DNA of 64,000 bases from the NCBI GenBank assembly GCA_040377305.1, contig JBEIPA010000008.1, forward strand, positions 32,001-96,000, given 5' to 3'. This document shows positions 38,782-49,319 of this stretch, piece by piece; the first letter of the stretch is position 1, and every line of letters starts with the position of its first letter. A program made the position numbers and the translations under genes. Below the pieces are notes generated by a model. That model was given only the letters and a program-made list of their open reading frames with translations. It was not told the DNA's origin and did not search any database. Source of the DNA: Flavobacteriales bacterium (GTDB lineage Bacteria; Bacteroidota; Bacteroidia; Palsa-965).

Positions 38782-41601
38782 TTACTTCGACAAATACAGA
38801 TTCCGCTCAGAATAAATCTGGTGGAAATACTCGTCATTCAAATCGTCGATGAAGTAAATTGCTTCTCCGGTCGACTTCATCTCCGGACCAAGCTCCTTCT
38901 GAATATCAGGGAATTTCTCGTATGAGAACACCGGAATCTTGATTGCGTAACCGTGCTTGCGCGGATTGAATTTGAAGTCTTTCACTTTCTTCTCGCCCAA
39001 CATCACTTTAGTTGCGTAGTTCACATACGGCTCATCGTACGCCTTCGCAATGAAAGGAACCGTACGCGATGCACGTGGATTTGCTTCGATGATGTACACC
39101 GTTTCATTTTTCACAGCGAACTGAATGTTGATGAGTCCAACCGTATTCAGCGCGAGCGCAATGGTCTTCGTGTGCTTCTCAATCTGGTTCATCACGTTCT
39201 CCGACAAGTCGAATGGAGGAAGCACTGCGAATGAGTCACCGGAGTGAATTCCTGCTGGCTCAATGTGCTCCATGATGCCAATGATGTATACATCTTCTCC
39301 GTCACAGATCGCATCGGCTTCAGCTTCGATGGCACCTTCGAGAAAGTGATCGACCAAGACTTTGTTGCCGGGAATATCGTTCAGCAACTTCACAACGTGT
39401 TGCTCGAGTTCCTGCTCGTTGATCACGATCTTCATGCTCTGCCCGCCAAGAACATATGACGGACGAACCAGCAATGGGAATCCAAGTTCGCGTGCAAGCG
39501 CAATTGATTCTTCTGCATCTTCAATCACAGCAAATTTCGGATAAGGAATTCCGCAGTCACGTAGCAATGCAGAGAAACTACCGCGGTCTTCTGCAAGATC
39601 CAACGACTTATAATCTGTTCCGATGATCTTGATTCCGTAACGGTCCAGTTTTTCTGCAAGCTTCAATGCCGTTTGACCGCCGAGCTGAACAATTACACCA
39701 ACGGGATTCTCGTGCTTGATGATTTCGTAAATGTGCTCCCAGAAAACCGGCTCGAAGTATAGTTTGTCTGCAACATTGAAATCTGTAGAAACGGTCTCCG
39801 GGTTGCAGTTGATCATGATAGTTTCATAACCGCATTCTTTCGCTGCAAGAACGCCGTGAACACAGGAGTAATCGAATTCAATTCCTTGTCCGATACGATT
39901 CGGTCCTGATCCGAGAACAACGATCTTCTTCTTGTCGCTGCGTACAGATTCATTCTCGCTTTCGAACGTGGAATAGTAATACGGTGTGCGCGCTTCAAAT
40001 TCAGCGGCGCAAGTATCAACGAGTTTGTAAACGCGATTGATTCCGAATTCCTCAGAACGTTTCTTGTATACTTCGCTTTCCAGACAACGTAACAAGTGCG
40101 CAACCTGACGATCAGCATAACCTTTCTGTTTTGCTTCGTACATCAGATCCTTCGAGATGTTGCTGATGTTGTATTTTTCAATCTCGCGCTCAAATATCAC
40201 GAGCTCTTCAATCTGAGAAAGGAACCAATGATCAATTCGCGTAAGCTTGTGAATGGTCTTGAGAGAAATTCCCAGCTTGAACGCATCGTAGATCATGAAC
40301 AAGCGATTCCACGATGGTCGTTCTAATCCTGCCAGCAATTCCTGCTGATTGGTATTCTCTTTTCCGTCGGCACCAAGTCCGTTACGTTTAATCTCGAGAC
40401 TTTGTGCCGCTTTCTGCAATGCTTCCTGGAAAGAACGACCAATGGCCATCACCTCTCCTACCGACTTCATCTGGAACCCAAGTTCGCGGTTTGTTCCTTT
40501 GAACTTATCGAAGTTCCATCGTGGAATTTTCACGATCACGTAATCAAGCGTGGGCTCGAAATAAGCCGAAGTGCTTTGCGTGATCTGATTCATCAGCTCG
40601 TCGAGGTTGTAACCAATCGCAAGTTTCGATGCAATCTTCGCGATTGGATATCCGGTTGCTTTCGATGCGAGTGCAGATGAACGCGACACACGAGGATTAA
40701 TTTCAATTGCAATAATCTCTTCTTGATTATCCGGACTCACAGCAAACTGTACGTTACATCCGCCAGCGAAATTTCCGATCGATCGCATCATTTTGATGGC
40801 AAGCGTGCGCATCAGCTGGTAAGTAACATCAGAAAGCGTTTGTGCAGGAGCAACAGTAATTGAATCGCCTGTGTGAACTCCCATCGGATCGAAATTCTCA
40901 ATCGAACAGATGATACACACATTGTCATTGCTATCGCGCAAAAGTTCGAGCTCGAATTCTTTCCAGCCAAGAACAGCTTTATCAATCAGTACTTCGTGAA
41001 TCGGTGATGTTTGTAATCCGCGATTGAGTGCTTTATCAAACTCTTCCTTCTGGTAAACAACAGCACCACCGCTTCCTCCGAGCGTAAAAGAAGGGCGAAT
41101 TACCAATGGAAAACCAAACACTTGCGCCACTTCTTTTCCTTCGAGAAAAGACTTGGCAATTTTCGATGGAGCCATGCCTACTCCAATGCTTTCCATGCGT
41201 GCACGGAACAGATCGCGGTCTTCCGTTACTTTGATTGCGTCGATATCGACACCAATCATCCGCACATTAAATTTTTTCCAGATGCCAAGCTCGTCGCATT
41301 TCAGTGCAAGATTCAATGCAGTTTGTCCGCCCATTGTAGGCAACACCGCATCGATTTTATGCTTTTCGAGAATCTTAACGATAGACTGCGACGTAAGCGG
41401 TAGCAGGTAAATATTGTCTGCGGTGACTTTATCCGTCATGATTGTCGCCGGATTGCTGTTGATCAACGTTACTTCAATTCCTTCCTGGCGAAGTGAACGT
41501 GCCGCTTGTGATCCTGAATAGTCAAACTCGCAAGCCTGACCAATGATAATCGGCCCGCTACCGATGATCAATACGTGTTTTATACTGTTGTCTTTTGGCA
41601 T
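38782..41601 (-). CDS. carB: Carbamoyl-phosphate synthase large subunit (no C-terminal MGS domain)
   Basis: IGSGPIIIGQACEFDYSG, HTGDS, GPNRIGQGIEFDY, LGPEMKSTGE. Confidence 0.97.
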   Translation of the reverse strand: MPKDNSIKHVLIIGSGPIIIGQACEFDYSGSQAARSLRQEGIEVTLINSNPATIMTDKVTADNIYLLPLTSQSIVKILEKHKIDAVLPTMGGQTALNLALKCDELGIWKKFNVRMIGVDIDAIKVTEDRDLFRARMESIGVGMAPSKIAKSFLEGKEVAQVFGFPLVIRPSFTLGGSGGAVVYQKEEFDKALNRGLQTSPIHEVLIDKAVLGWKEFELELLRDSNDNVCIICSIENFDPMGVHTGDSITVAPAQTLSDVTYQLMRTLAIKMMRSIGNFAGGCNVQFAVSPDNQEEIIAIEINPRVSRSSALASKATGYPIAKIASKLAIGYNLDELMNQITQSTSAYFEPTLDYVIVKIPRWNFDKFKGTNRELGFQMKSVGEVMAIGRSFQEALQKAAQSLEIKRNGLGADGKENTNQQELLAGLERPSWNRLFMIYDAFKLGISLKTIHKLTRIDHWFLSQIEELVIFEREIEKYNISNISKDLMYEAKQKGYADRQVAHLLRCLESEVYKKRSEEFGINRVYKLVDTCAAEFEARTPYYYSTFESENESVRSDKKKIVVLGSGPNRIGQGIEFDYSCVHGVLAAKECGYETIMINCNPETVSTDFNVADKLYFEPVFWEHIYEIIKHENPVGVIVQLGGQTALKLAEKLDRYGIKIIGTDYKSLDLAEDRGSFSALLRDCGIPYPKFAVIEDAEESIALARELGFPLLVRPSYVLGGQSMKIVINEQELEQHVVKLLNDIPGNKVLVDHFLEGAIEAEADAICDGEDVYIIGIMEHIEPAGIHSGDSFAVLPPFDLSENVMNQIEKHTKTIALALNTVGLINIQFAVKNETVYIIEANPRASRTVPFIAKAYDEPYVNYATKVMLGEKKVKDFKFNPRKHGYAIKIPVFSYEKFPDIQKELGPEMKSTGEAIYFIDDLNDEYFHQIYSERNLYLSK

Positions 41602-41790
41602 AGTGCTGATAAAATCATGCGAATTTACTCAATCGCGAAGTGGGCTCTTTTATTTGTTTTCAACGGTTGTTAATATGTTTATTTACTCTGCTCATCACTC
41701 TGAAATCCGTTGAAATTCCGAATTTGAAGGTCTGTGTTTATCTTGTGCTTTTCTTTCATATTCCGTTGATTTTAACGCTTGTCCGCTGTA

Positions 41791-43170
41791 ATGCAAACAC
41801 CGTATCCAGGTATTAGTAATTTGTACATTTTGTCCAACGAGAACCGCGGCAAATACGTACTGCTGGCCGTAAAGATTTGTTGTTGGCTGCAGGTTCTACG
41901 AATGCTGATTACGATCATGGTCGCGAGGGCCTATGCTACGCAAGGCATGAGGCATAAGTTGTTCAGTAAGCTGGTGTTGCTTGACTCGAGTCTGGGTATT
42001 CCGCTCAATCTTTTTTTTCCGGTCGTGTTTATGATGTGGATGGCACGTGCATATTATAATCTTCATCGTACTGGAATCCAGAAGATTCAATTCAGTGCGG
42101 GTTGGTCGATTGGAGCTTGGTTTGTTCCATTCATGAACCTGGTGCGTCCCTACAAAATCATGAAGGAACTCTGGTACCGCAAGCAACTCAACTTCCGGAA
42201 TGAAGAACATGAACCCATTAAACACACCTCTCTTCGTGTATGGTGGGGCTTTTACATACTTCCAGCGGTCATTGGAGGTTTCTTCGCCGCCCTTGCGCTG
42301 GACACGCTTAACGATGTAACAGTACTTTATGTCTTTCAGGCCTTTGTTCATTGTGGGCTTGCGGTTTCTCTATTCGCACTTGCAGATGTTCTCCGGAAGC
42401 TAACCGTCTTCGAAGCTGAATTCCGGGACCGGTTTCTGATTTCACAAACCCAAAAAGTTGTTGAGCTTGCAGATGCATACAGAACCGAACAGGGAATCCT
42501 TTCGGACGCAAATCCATCATACCAAACATTCACAGTTCCACAATCCGGTACTGAGCTACCGAATGTATTGGTCGACTGGAAAACAGCAAATTCATTCTCT
42601 CGTTCAGCCACCTTTTGTCTGATCGCAATTGTTGCCGGTACGTTATGGAGATTGTGCGCTAACTTTCTTCTGTTCCAGAACGATTCCGTATCAGAGAATC
42701 CTTCAGCAATGCTTCTTACTTCGGCATTCGCATTCGTCCTACTCGCATTTTCAATTCTCGGAACGTTGTATTTTATCCTTTGGTTGAATCGCGTATACAA
42801 AAATCTCATCGCACTAAAATCAGAGTCTTTGTCAGTTAGGCTTGAACAGCTTTCGTATTGGTGGATCATTCCAGGATACAACGTGTACATGCTATTCGTG
42901 ATCATGCGGGATATCAGTCTGTACTATGAAGAACAGTGCAAGAAAAAATCCAAAGTGGAATCTATTTCTGAACCTGGTGTACTTCTTCTGAGCTTTTTAT
43001 TGGGAACAATGTTTTGGATTCTGAGTACTCTGATGGATTCCGGACGCGAATATTCAGACGCTGAAGCAAATCTTGTATCACTCATGATCATTATCACACC
43101 TCTTGCTTTCGGTTCTATGTGTGTTGCGGCAATCCTGTTCATGCGAAAAGTGAAAACGTTGTCTCTTTAG
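41791..43170 (+). CDS. Tandem DUF4328-like membrane protein
   Basis: W..RAYYNL...WFVPFMNL..PY and W..RVYKNL...WIIPGYN. Confidence 0.75.
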   Translation: MQTPYPGISNLYILSNENRGKYVLLAVKICCWLQVLRMLITIMVARAYATQGMRHKLFSKLVLLDSSLGIPLNLFFPVVFMMWMARAYYNLHRTGIQKIQFSAGWSIGAWFVPFMNLVRPYKIMKELWYRKQLNFRNEEHEPIKHTSLRVWWGFYILPAVIGGFFAALALDTLNDVTVLYVFQAFVHCGLAVSLFALADVLRKLTVFEAEFRDRFLISQTQKVVELADAYRTEQGILSDANPSYQTFTVPQSGTELPNVLVDWKTANSFSRSATFCLIAIVAGTLWRLCANFLLFQNDSVSENPSAMLLTSAFAFVLLAFSILGTLYFILWLNRVYKNLIALKSESLSVRLEQLSYWWIIPGYNVYMLFVIMRDISLYYEEQCKKKSKVESISEPGVLLLSFLLGTMFWILSTLMDSGREYSDAEANLVSLMIIITPLAFGSMCVAAILFMRKVKTLSL

Positions 43171-43194
43171 TTCACTCGGACTTAGTATGCCCAT

Positions 43195-43227
43195 AAAAAA
43201 AGCCGATTCAAAAATGAATCGGCTTTT
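43195..43227. terminator. Bidirectional intrinsic terminator
   Basis: AAAAAAAGCCGATTCA-AAAA-TGAATCGGCTTTT between convergent genes. Confidence 0.85.
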
Positions 43228-43249
43228 CTATATGGATTGTTTTCAAAAC

Positions 43250-43417
43250 TTATCCTTTATGAGTTGCTTCGTCGGAAACTGTAAGTTTCTTACGGCCACG
43301 AGCACGGCGTGCAGCCAATACGCGGCGACCATTTGGAGTTGCCATACGCTCGCGGAAGCCGTGCTTGTTAGTACGCTTGCGACGTGAAGGTTGAAAAGTG
43401 CGTTTCTGTTTTGACAT
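43250..43417 (-). CDS. rpmH: 50S ribosomal protein L34 (absent from the ORF track)
   Basis: Manual translation [55 protein letters not shown] (55 aa). Confidence 0.98.
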   Translation of the reverse strand: MSKQKRTFQPSRRKRTNKHGFRERMATPNGRRVLAARRARGRKKLTVSDEATHKG

Positions 43418-43613
43418 GACCTAAAATCTTTAAAATCTCATCCAGTTCTCGGATTCGGGATGCAAAGATAGTTTTCTATTATTATCTGACAAACACCAAT
43501 GCCGAAAAAACTTAAAAAAGGCTGATTTTCAACGATTTTATTAATCAATTCGCCGATTTTGAGGTCCAAATGCAATACTTTCCGACCTCAAGCGACTGTA
43601 TCTTTGCACGCTC

Positions 43614-45461
43614 ATGGCAAAAAAAGGAAGATTTCAAAGCAATTTACGCGCGGAAGAGGAACTACCGAAAGCGAAACTCAATGCAGATTCGCTGAAGCGG
43701 GCATCTCGTTTGTTCTCATTTATGGGCAAACACCGCTGGAAATTCTACTTCGGCATGTTCTTCCTGTTGTGCACGGGTGCCACTGCCCTATTATTTCCTC
43801 AACTTCTGGGTAATCTGATGGGAATTATTGGTCGTGAAAATGCAAGCGAAGAATCTCTCCTCGATGCGGCCGACAAATACGGTTTGTGGATTATCATTTT
43901 GCTGAGCGCTCAGGCTGTTGCCTCGTTCTTCCGTGTCTACTTTTTCGAGAATGCAACTCAAAATATGCTGGCTTCAGTTCGCTTAGCAACGTTTACGCAT
44001 CTCATGCGCTTACCGATGACTTTCTTCTCGAAGAATATGGCAGCTGAGTTGAATAGTCGCGTTAGTGCGGACATCACTCAGATCGGAGAAACGTTCACGA
44101 CTGCGCTTGCTGAATTTTTTCGTCAGTTCATTATAGTGGTTGGGGGTATTGTACTCATCGGATTCACATCCTGGAAACTTGCGTTGCTGATGATTTGTGT
44201 TGTTCCACCCGTTGCCATTATAGCGATGGTCTTCGGCAGAAAAATCAGAGCCATTGCTAAGCAGCTGCAGGAACTGGTCGGAGAATCGAACCTGATTGTT
44301 GGAGAAAGCCTGCAGGGAATTGCCAACGTAAAAGCATTTACAAATGAAGGTTACGAAGGCAAAAGATATCGCAATGTGGCAGACCGGATTATCGCCGTTG
44401 CCATGAAGAACGCACGTAATCGCGGGATGTTCTTCGCTTTCATCATCTTCTGTTTGTTCGGATCCATCATGCTCATGGTCTGGTACGGCGTGCGTCTAAA
44501 AGTGAGTGGGGATATTACTCCGGAACAAATGGTTGCGTTTCTGATGACTACCATGTTCGTAGCGGCTTCAATCGGTGGATTGCCTGAACAGTACGCACAA
44601 ATTCAACGTGCAATTGGTGCTGCAGATCGTGTTTTCGATATTCTGAATGAAGAAGTTGAAGAAGTTAGTCTCGATGAAACACGCGAACGCGCACAACTCA
44701 AGTTACGCGGTGAAGTTGAATTCAGAAATGTGAAGTTTGCTTATCCAACACGGAAAGAATTTACCGTTCTGGAGGAAGTCACTTTCAACGTGAAGCAAGG
44801 ACAAACCATTGCACTTGTTGGTCATAGCGGTTCCGGTAAATCAACAATGGCGGGAATGCTGATGCGGTTTTACAATCCGGACAACGGAAGTATCACCATC
44901 GATGGTAAGAATGTGAAGGAATATGATCTTACTGCATTGCGTGAGAACATGGCGATTGTTCCGCAAGATGTATTGCTGTTCGGTGGTACTATTGCAGAGA
45001 ACATTGCGTATGGTCGTCCGGGTGCATCAAAAGAAGATATTGAAGCCGCTGCACGACAAGCAAATGCTTACAACTTCATCGAAAGCTTCCCCGACAAGTT
45101 CGAAACGAAAGTTGGCGATCGCGGGATTCAGCTTTCCGGCGGACAACGTCAGCGAATTGCCATTGCGCGTGCTGTACTGAAAGATCCAAGCATTCTCATT
45201 CTCGACGAAGCAACGAGCTCACTGGATTCTGAAAGCGAACGCGTCGTACAGGAAGCGCTCGACAAATTGATGGTTGGAAGAACTTCATTCGTGATTGCAC
45301 ATCGTTTGAGCACAATTCGTAACGCAGACAAGATTGTTGTTCTCGAAAAAGGAGTTGTTGCGGAAAGCGGAACCCATGAAGAGTTGATGCAGATTAAAGA
45401 TGGCGTCTATCGTTCGCTGAATAATCTGCAGTTCCAGGATTCTCCTGCAACCTTGGCATAA
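43614..45461 (+). CDS. ABC exporter (MsbA/MdlB-like TMD-NBD fusion)
   Basis: TMD; GHSGSGKS, LSGGQRQRIAIAR, ILDEATS, IAHRLST. Confidence 0.95.
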   Translation: MAKKGRFQSNLRAEEELPKAKLNADSLKRASRLFSFMGKHRWKFYFGMFFLLCTGATALLFPQLLGNLMGIIGRENASEESLLDAADKYGLWIIILLSAQAVASFFRVYFFENATQNMLASVRLATFTHLMRLPMTFFSKNMAAELNSRVSADITQIGETFTTALAEFFRQFIIVVGGIVLIGFTSWKLALLMICVVPPVAIIAMVFGRKIRAIAKQLQELVGESNLIVGESLQGIANVKAFTNEGYEGKRYRNVADRIIAVAMKNARNRGMFFAFIIFCLFGSIMLMVWYGVRLKVSGDITPEQMVAFLMTTMFVAASIGGLPEQYAQIQRAIGAADRVFDILNEEVEEVSLDETRERAQLKLRGEVEFRNVKFAYPTRKEFTVLEEVTFNVKQGQTIALVGHSGSGKSTMAGMLMRFYNPDNGSITIDGKNVKEYDLTALRENMAIVPQDVLLFGGTIAENIAYGRPGASKEDIEAAARQANAYNFIESFPDKFETKVGDRGIQLSGGQRQRIAIARAVLKDPSILILDEATSSLDSESERVVQEALDKLMVGRTSFVIAHRLSTIRNADKIVVLEKGVVAESGTHEELMQIKDGVYRSLNNLQFQDSPATLA

Positions 45462-45465
45462 TTCA

Positions 45466-45534
45466 ACCACGAAGTTCACGAAGGCACAAAGTTTTAAAGC
45501 GTCCTTTTCTTTGTGCCTTCGTGAACTTTGTGGT
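45466..45534. repeat. 26-bp inverted repeat built from 8-9-mer CAC(G/A)AAG units
   Basis: ACCACGAAGTTCACGAAGGCACAAAG / CTTTGTGCCTTCGTGAACTTTGTGGT, 25/26 complementary. Confidence 0.88.
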
Positions 45535-45541
45535 GAAAAAA

Positions 45542-46171
45542 CTAGGCCGGCACGTAAATCACATTCTTCGTCTCAAAAAACGGGTCATCAAACATCGTCT
45601 TGATTGGATGATCGACCAGCCACTTTCTCGCCGACTTGAATTCTTCTTTCAGATCGCCGCCCTTGAGTAAGAGCCAACCGTTTGGTAAAGCATTCTTTCC
45701 TTCGTCGTGAATGAGATCCTGTGTCCACTTGTGAATTTCTTCCCACGGAGCAACAGCGCGAGTGACTACATAATCGTAGGTGTTCTCTAATTCTTCTGCA
45801 CGTTTCTGATCGGCAACAACGTTCTTCAGTCCGAGTGCTTCCACAACTTCTTTCACCACCTTAATTTTCTTTCCGATGGAATCAACAAGGTGAAAACGAC
45901 ATTCCGGAAACATGATCGCCAATGGGATTCCGGGAAATCCGCCTCCCGTTCCGACATCGAGAATTGTTGTGCCGGGAGTGAACCGAATTACTTTTGCTAT
46001 GGCCAGTGAATGCAAAACGTGGTGTGTATAAAATGCGTCCATGTCTTTGCGTGAGATCACGTTGATCTGAGCGTTCCAATGCACGTACAAATCTTTCATG
46101 CGCGTGAATAAATCGAGTTGCTCTTCAGTCAACTTCGGGAAATGCTTTGTGATTGTCTCCACTGTTTCCAT
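45542..46171 (-). CDS. rsmG: 16S rRNA m7G527 methyltransferase
   Basis: WNAQINVISR, HVLHSL, DVGTGGGFPGIPL, TRAVA, LKGG. Confidence 0.96.
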   Translation of the reverse strand: METVETITKHFPKLTEEQLDLFTRMKDLYVHWNAQINVISRKDMDAFYTHHVLHSLAIAKVIRFTPGTTILDVGTGGGFPGIPLAIMFPECRFHLVDSIGKKIKVVKEVVEALGLKNVVADQKRAEELENTYDYVVTRAVAPWEEIHKWTQDLIHDEGKNALPNGWLLLKGGDLKEEFKSARKWLVDHPIKTMFDDPFFETKNVIYVPA

Positions 46172-46271
46172 ATACGACGCGAAATTACACAAAGAAGTCA
46201 CAAGGATAGTGTTTCACGGGAATGCTTGGTTCCTCGCAATGCATTTGTGACCACTGTGATTCGTAAAAAAA

Positions 46272-46886
46272 TCAGATTTTGCCCTGCGTATTCTTCAGGA
46301 CGTTATAGAGAAATTCTCGCGCTCTGAATAGTTGCGCCTTCACCGTTCCCAATGGAAGATCAAGTTCAGCAGCGATTTCTTCGTAAGAAAGTTCCTGAAA
46401 GTATCGCATCTCAATCAGCGTGCGATAACGTGGCTTCAGCTTATCAACAAGATCATGAAGCATCATGATTTTTTGCTTCTTCATGATGTGCTCTTCCGGA
46501 TCCATGGTGTCGGAACGGATATCAACCACCATTTCTCCTCCTTCTTCGTCTTCAATCGGACGATCGAGTGAGAAAGTGTTTTTGCGTTTACGGCGAATGA
46601 AATCGATACAGTTGTTCGTTGCAATACGGAACAACCAGGTACTGAAAGCGAAGTTTGGCGTGTACTGAGAAAGTCGTTTGAATGCTTTACCGAATGCTTC
46701 TACCGTCAAATCCTCAGCGTCGTCCTTGTTGTTGACCATTTTCAGCAACATGTAGTAAACTGAATCGCGGTAACGACCCATTAATTCTGCATACGCTTTC
46801 TGGTCACCGTCCTGGAGGGCACGCTTCACGAGTTTGTAATCATACAAACCCTTATCCGATAAATTCTCGTTCTCGTTCAGTTCCAT
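46272..46886 (-). CDS. ECF sigma-70 factor
   Basis: DAEDL...F.KAF, FSTWLFRIATN, SYEEIA..L..P.GTVKAQLFRAR. Confidence 0.93.
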   Translation of the reverse strand: MELNENENLSDKGLYDYKLVKRALQDGDQKAYAELMGRYRDSVYYMLLKMVNNKDDAEDLTVEAFGKAFKRLSQYTPNFAFSTWLFRIATNNCIDFIRRKRKNTFSLDRPIEDEEGGEMVVDIRSDTMDPEEHIMKKQKIMMLHDLVDKLKPRYRTLIEMRYFQELSYEEIAAELDLPLGTVKAQLFRAREFLYNVLKNTQGKI

Positions 46887-48016
46887 GGTGTCTTTCTTCT
46901 AAAGACGCGTGCAAAGGTAATCACCGGGTAGAACAACAAGAAGTACAACTCCATGATTGGCACAAGGAGCAATAAACCTTTCTCATCCAGTTTCTTAAAG
47001 CAACTATTAAAGATAAGCATTTGAATCAACAGGCGTAACGCAAACAGGCCCGTTACGACCATCCACTGAAATTGCAGGATGAGCGAGGTAATAAACCCTG
47101 CGAAGAACAGCCATTGAGCGACGATGTACAATCCAAGCAATAATTTATGCTTGAACTTATACCGTTTTCCGGTAAGCAGGTGTCGTTGTTTTTGTCTCCA
47201 CCAGGATTTGAATGAGTCCTTAGCTTGTGTATACGTGAACGCTTCTTTCTCCATCACTACCGAGACCTTTTGTCCCGGTGCTGCTTCGTTCACAAATAAA
47301 TCATCGTCGCCCGAAGGAATGTGATAGTGCGATGCAAACCCTTTCACCTTGTAGAACAGTTTCTTCTTGTAAGCGAGATTTCTTCCCACGCCCATGTACG
47401 TTGTTCCTGCCATGGAGAACGACAAATACTGAATGCCAATCATCGCTGCATCGAAGCGGATAATACGATTCAGGAATCCTTTCTCCGGAATGAACGGTCC
47501 GTATCCCAGAATAATGTCTGAACCAACATTGAAACGCATTACAATGTGCTTGAGCCATTGATCGGAAGCTGGTTTGCAATCAGCATCCGTAAGTAACATC
47601 AGTTCATGCGTTGCGCCCTTGACTCCCAGCATCAACGCCACTTTTTTTCCGTGCTGATAGTACTCGTCTTCTTTCAGCGTAACGACCTTCACGTTCTTGT
47701 GGCGCTTCGCAAACTCTTCGAGAATATCGCCAGTGTTGTCCCAACTGCAATCGTTTACAATCACAACTTCGAAATTGGGATAGTCTTGAGCAAGAATTAC
47801 CGGAAGATAACGCGTGAGATTGTTCTCTTCATTCTTCGCACAGATCACAATCGAAATCGGTGGTGTTTCCTGAAGTGTAACCGGTGTGGGTTTGTATCGT
47901 CCTACCCTGAGAAAGTAAAAGAGGTAGTAGAAAATGATGAGGACAAAACCCAACACCATTACCCAGAACACAATCATTCCCGGCGAAATCTGCAGCAGTT
48001 GTTCAAGGTTAAACAT
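46877..48016 (-). CDS. GT2 membrane glycosyltransferase
   Basis: ICAKNE, VNDCS.D, GKK, TDADC, GDDD, QKQRH. Confidence 0.92.
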   Translation of the reverse strand: MFNLEQLLQISPGMIVFWVMVLGFVLIIFYYLFYFLRVGRYKPTPVTLQETPPISIVICAKNEENNLTRYLPVILAQDYPNFEVVIVNDCSWDNTGDILEEFAKRHKNVKVVTLKEDEYYQHGKKVALMLGVKGATHELMLLTDADCKPASDQWLKHIVMRFNVGSDIILGYGPFIPEKGFLNRIIRFDAAMIGIQYLSFSMAGTTYMGVGRNLAYKKKLFYKVKGFASHYHIPSGDDDLFVNEAAPGQKVSVVMEKEAFTYTQAKDSFKSWWRQKQRHLLTGKRYKFKHKLLLGLYIVAQWLFFAGFITSLILQFQWMVVTGLFALRLLIQMLIFNSCFKKLDEKGLLLLVPIMELYFLLFYPVITFARVFRRKTPWN

Positions 48017-48090
48017 CTGCTAAAGGTAGACTGGCGATTCCCGCGAATAGTTGTGAAAATGTGACTGATTTGAACAAACTTCTTAACAGA

Positions 48091-48170
48091 AGTCAGTCGG
48101 GAGACGACAGACGGGAGTAGTTCAGCAGTTCTAAGTCTACTCCCGTCTGTAGCCTGTCGTCTGGCGTCTA
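48091..48170. repeat. 7-mer tandem-unit hairpin (AGAC/GTCT core)
   Basis: GGGAGAC-GACAGAC-GGGAGTAG / CTACTCCCGT-CTGTAGC-CTGTCGT-CTGGCGT. Confidence 0.8.
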
Positions 48171-48188
48171 ACACGTATCTTCGTGCCA

Positions 48189-49319
48189 GTGAAATTTACT
48201 CTCCACCACACCGATCCCAAATCAAAGGCACGCGTGGGTACAATTGAAACCGACCACGGTCCGATTGAAACCCCGATTTTCATGCCGGTTGGAACAGCAG
48301 GCACAGTGAAAGCTGTTCATCAGCGGGAACTTACCGACGATATCAAGGCGCAGATTATTCTGGGAAACACGTACCACCTGTATCTGCGACCTGGAACGGA
48401 TGTTATCAATGCGGCTGGCGGACTGCACAAGTTCAATGGCTGGGATAAACCTATTCTCACCGATAGTGGTGGATTTCAGGTCTATTCGCTCAGCGGAACA
48501 CGCAAACTGAACGAAGAAGGCGTTGAATTCAAATCGCATATCGACGGTTCGAAACACGTTTTCACCCCGGAAAATGTGATGGACATTCAACGCAACATTG
48601 GTGCAGACATCATCATGGCGTTTGACGAGTGTACACCTTATCCGTGCGAATACGCTTATGCGAAGAATTCGATGGAGATGACTCATCGTTGGCTCAAACG
48701 TTGTATCAAACAATTCGATTCTACACAACCGAAATACGGCTACAATCAAACGCTTTTCCCGATTGTACAGGGAAGTGTTTACAAAGATTTGCGCAAACAG
48801 TCTGCTGAATTTATTGCAGAACAGGATCGAGAAGGAAACGCAATCGGCGGACTTTCCGTTGGAGAACCAGCAGCCGACATGTACGAGTTGACGGATCTTG
48901 TAACCGGAATTCTTCCTGTACACAAACCGCGCTACCTGATGGGCGTTGGAACTCCGGAAAATCTTCTCGAATGCATTGCACTCGGTATTGATATGTTCGA
49001 TTGTGTGTTGCCAACGCGTAATGCACGTCACGGATTGCTTTTCACGCGAAAAGGAATCATCAACATCCGGAATGAACGTTGGAGAAACGATCATTCTGTG
49101 CTTGATCCTGACGGAACAGCGTGGGTCGATTCAAATTATTCCCGTGCGTATCTGCGTCACCTCATGCACAGTGGTGAAATACTCGCAGGAATGATTGCTT
49201 CAGTGCACAATCTCGCCTTTTACCTAAGTCTTGTTAAAGAAGCAAGAACACGTATACAGGATGGTACATTTGTTGAGTGGAAGAATGCGCTCGTGCCCCA
49301 ACTCACTAACCGACTCTGA
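48189..49319 (+). CDS. tgt: Queuine tRNA-ribosyltransferase
   Basis: TPIFMPVGT, NTYHL, DSGGFQ, FDEC, MFDCV.PTR; GTG start chosen at 48189. Confidence 0.97.
   Translation: MKFTLHHTDPKSKARVGTIETDHGPIETPIFMPVGTAGTVKAVHQRELTDDIKAQIILGNTYHLYLRPGTDVINAAGGLHKFNGWDKPILTDSGGFQVYSLSGTRKLNEEGVEFKSHIDGSKHVFTPENVMDIQRNIGADIIMAFDECTPYPCEYAYAKNSMEMTHRWLKRCIKQFDSTQPKYGYNQTLFPIVQGSVYKDLRKQSAEFIAEQDREGNAIGGLSVGEPAADMYELTDLVTGILPVHKPRYLMGVGTPENLLECIALGIDMFDCVLPTRNARHGLLFTRKGIINIRNERWRNDHSVLDPDGTAWVDSNYSRAYLRHLMHSGEILAGMIASVHNLAFYLSLVKEARTRIQDGTFVEWKNALVPQLTNRL

Noticed and set aside
43187-43387. 66-aa plus-strand ORF
   Set aside because: Antisense to rpmH and spans a terminator.
48222-49094. 290-aa ORF antisense to tgt
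   Set aside because: Fully overlaps a conserved gene and has no recognisable motif; the same applies to the many short antisense ORFs over htpG, recQ and carB.
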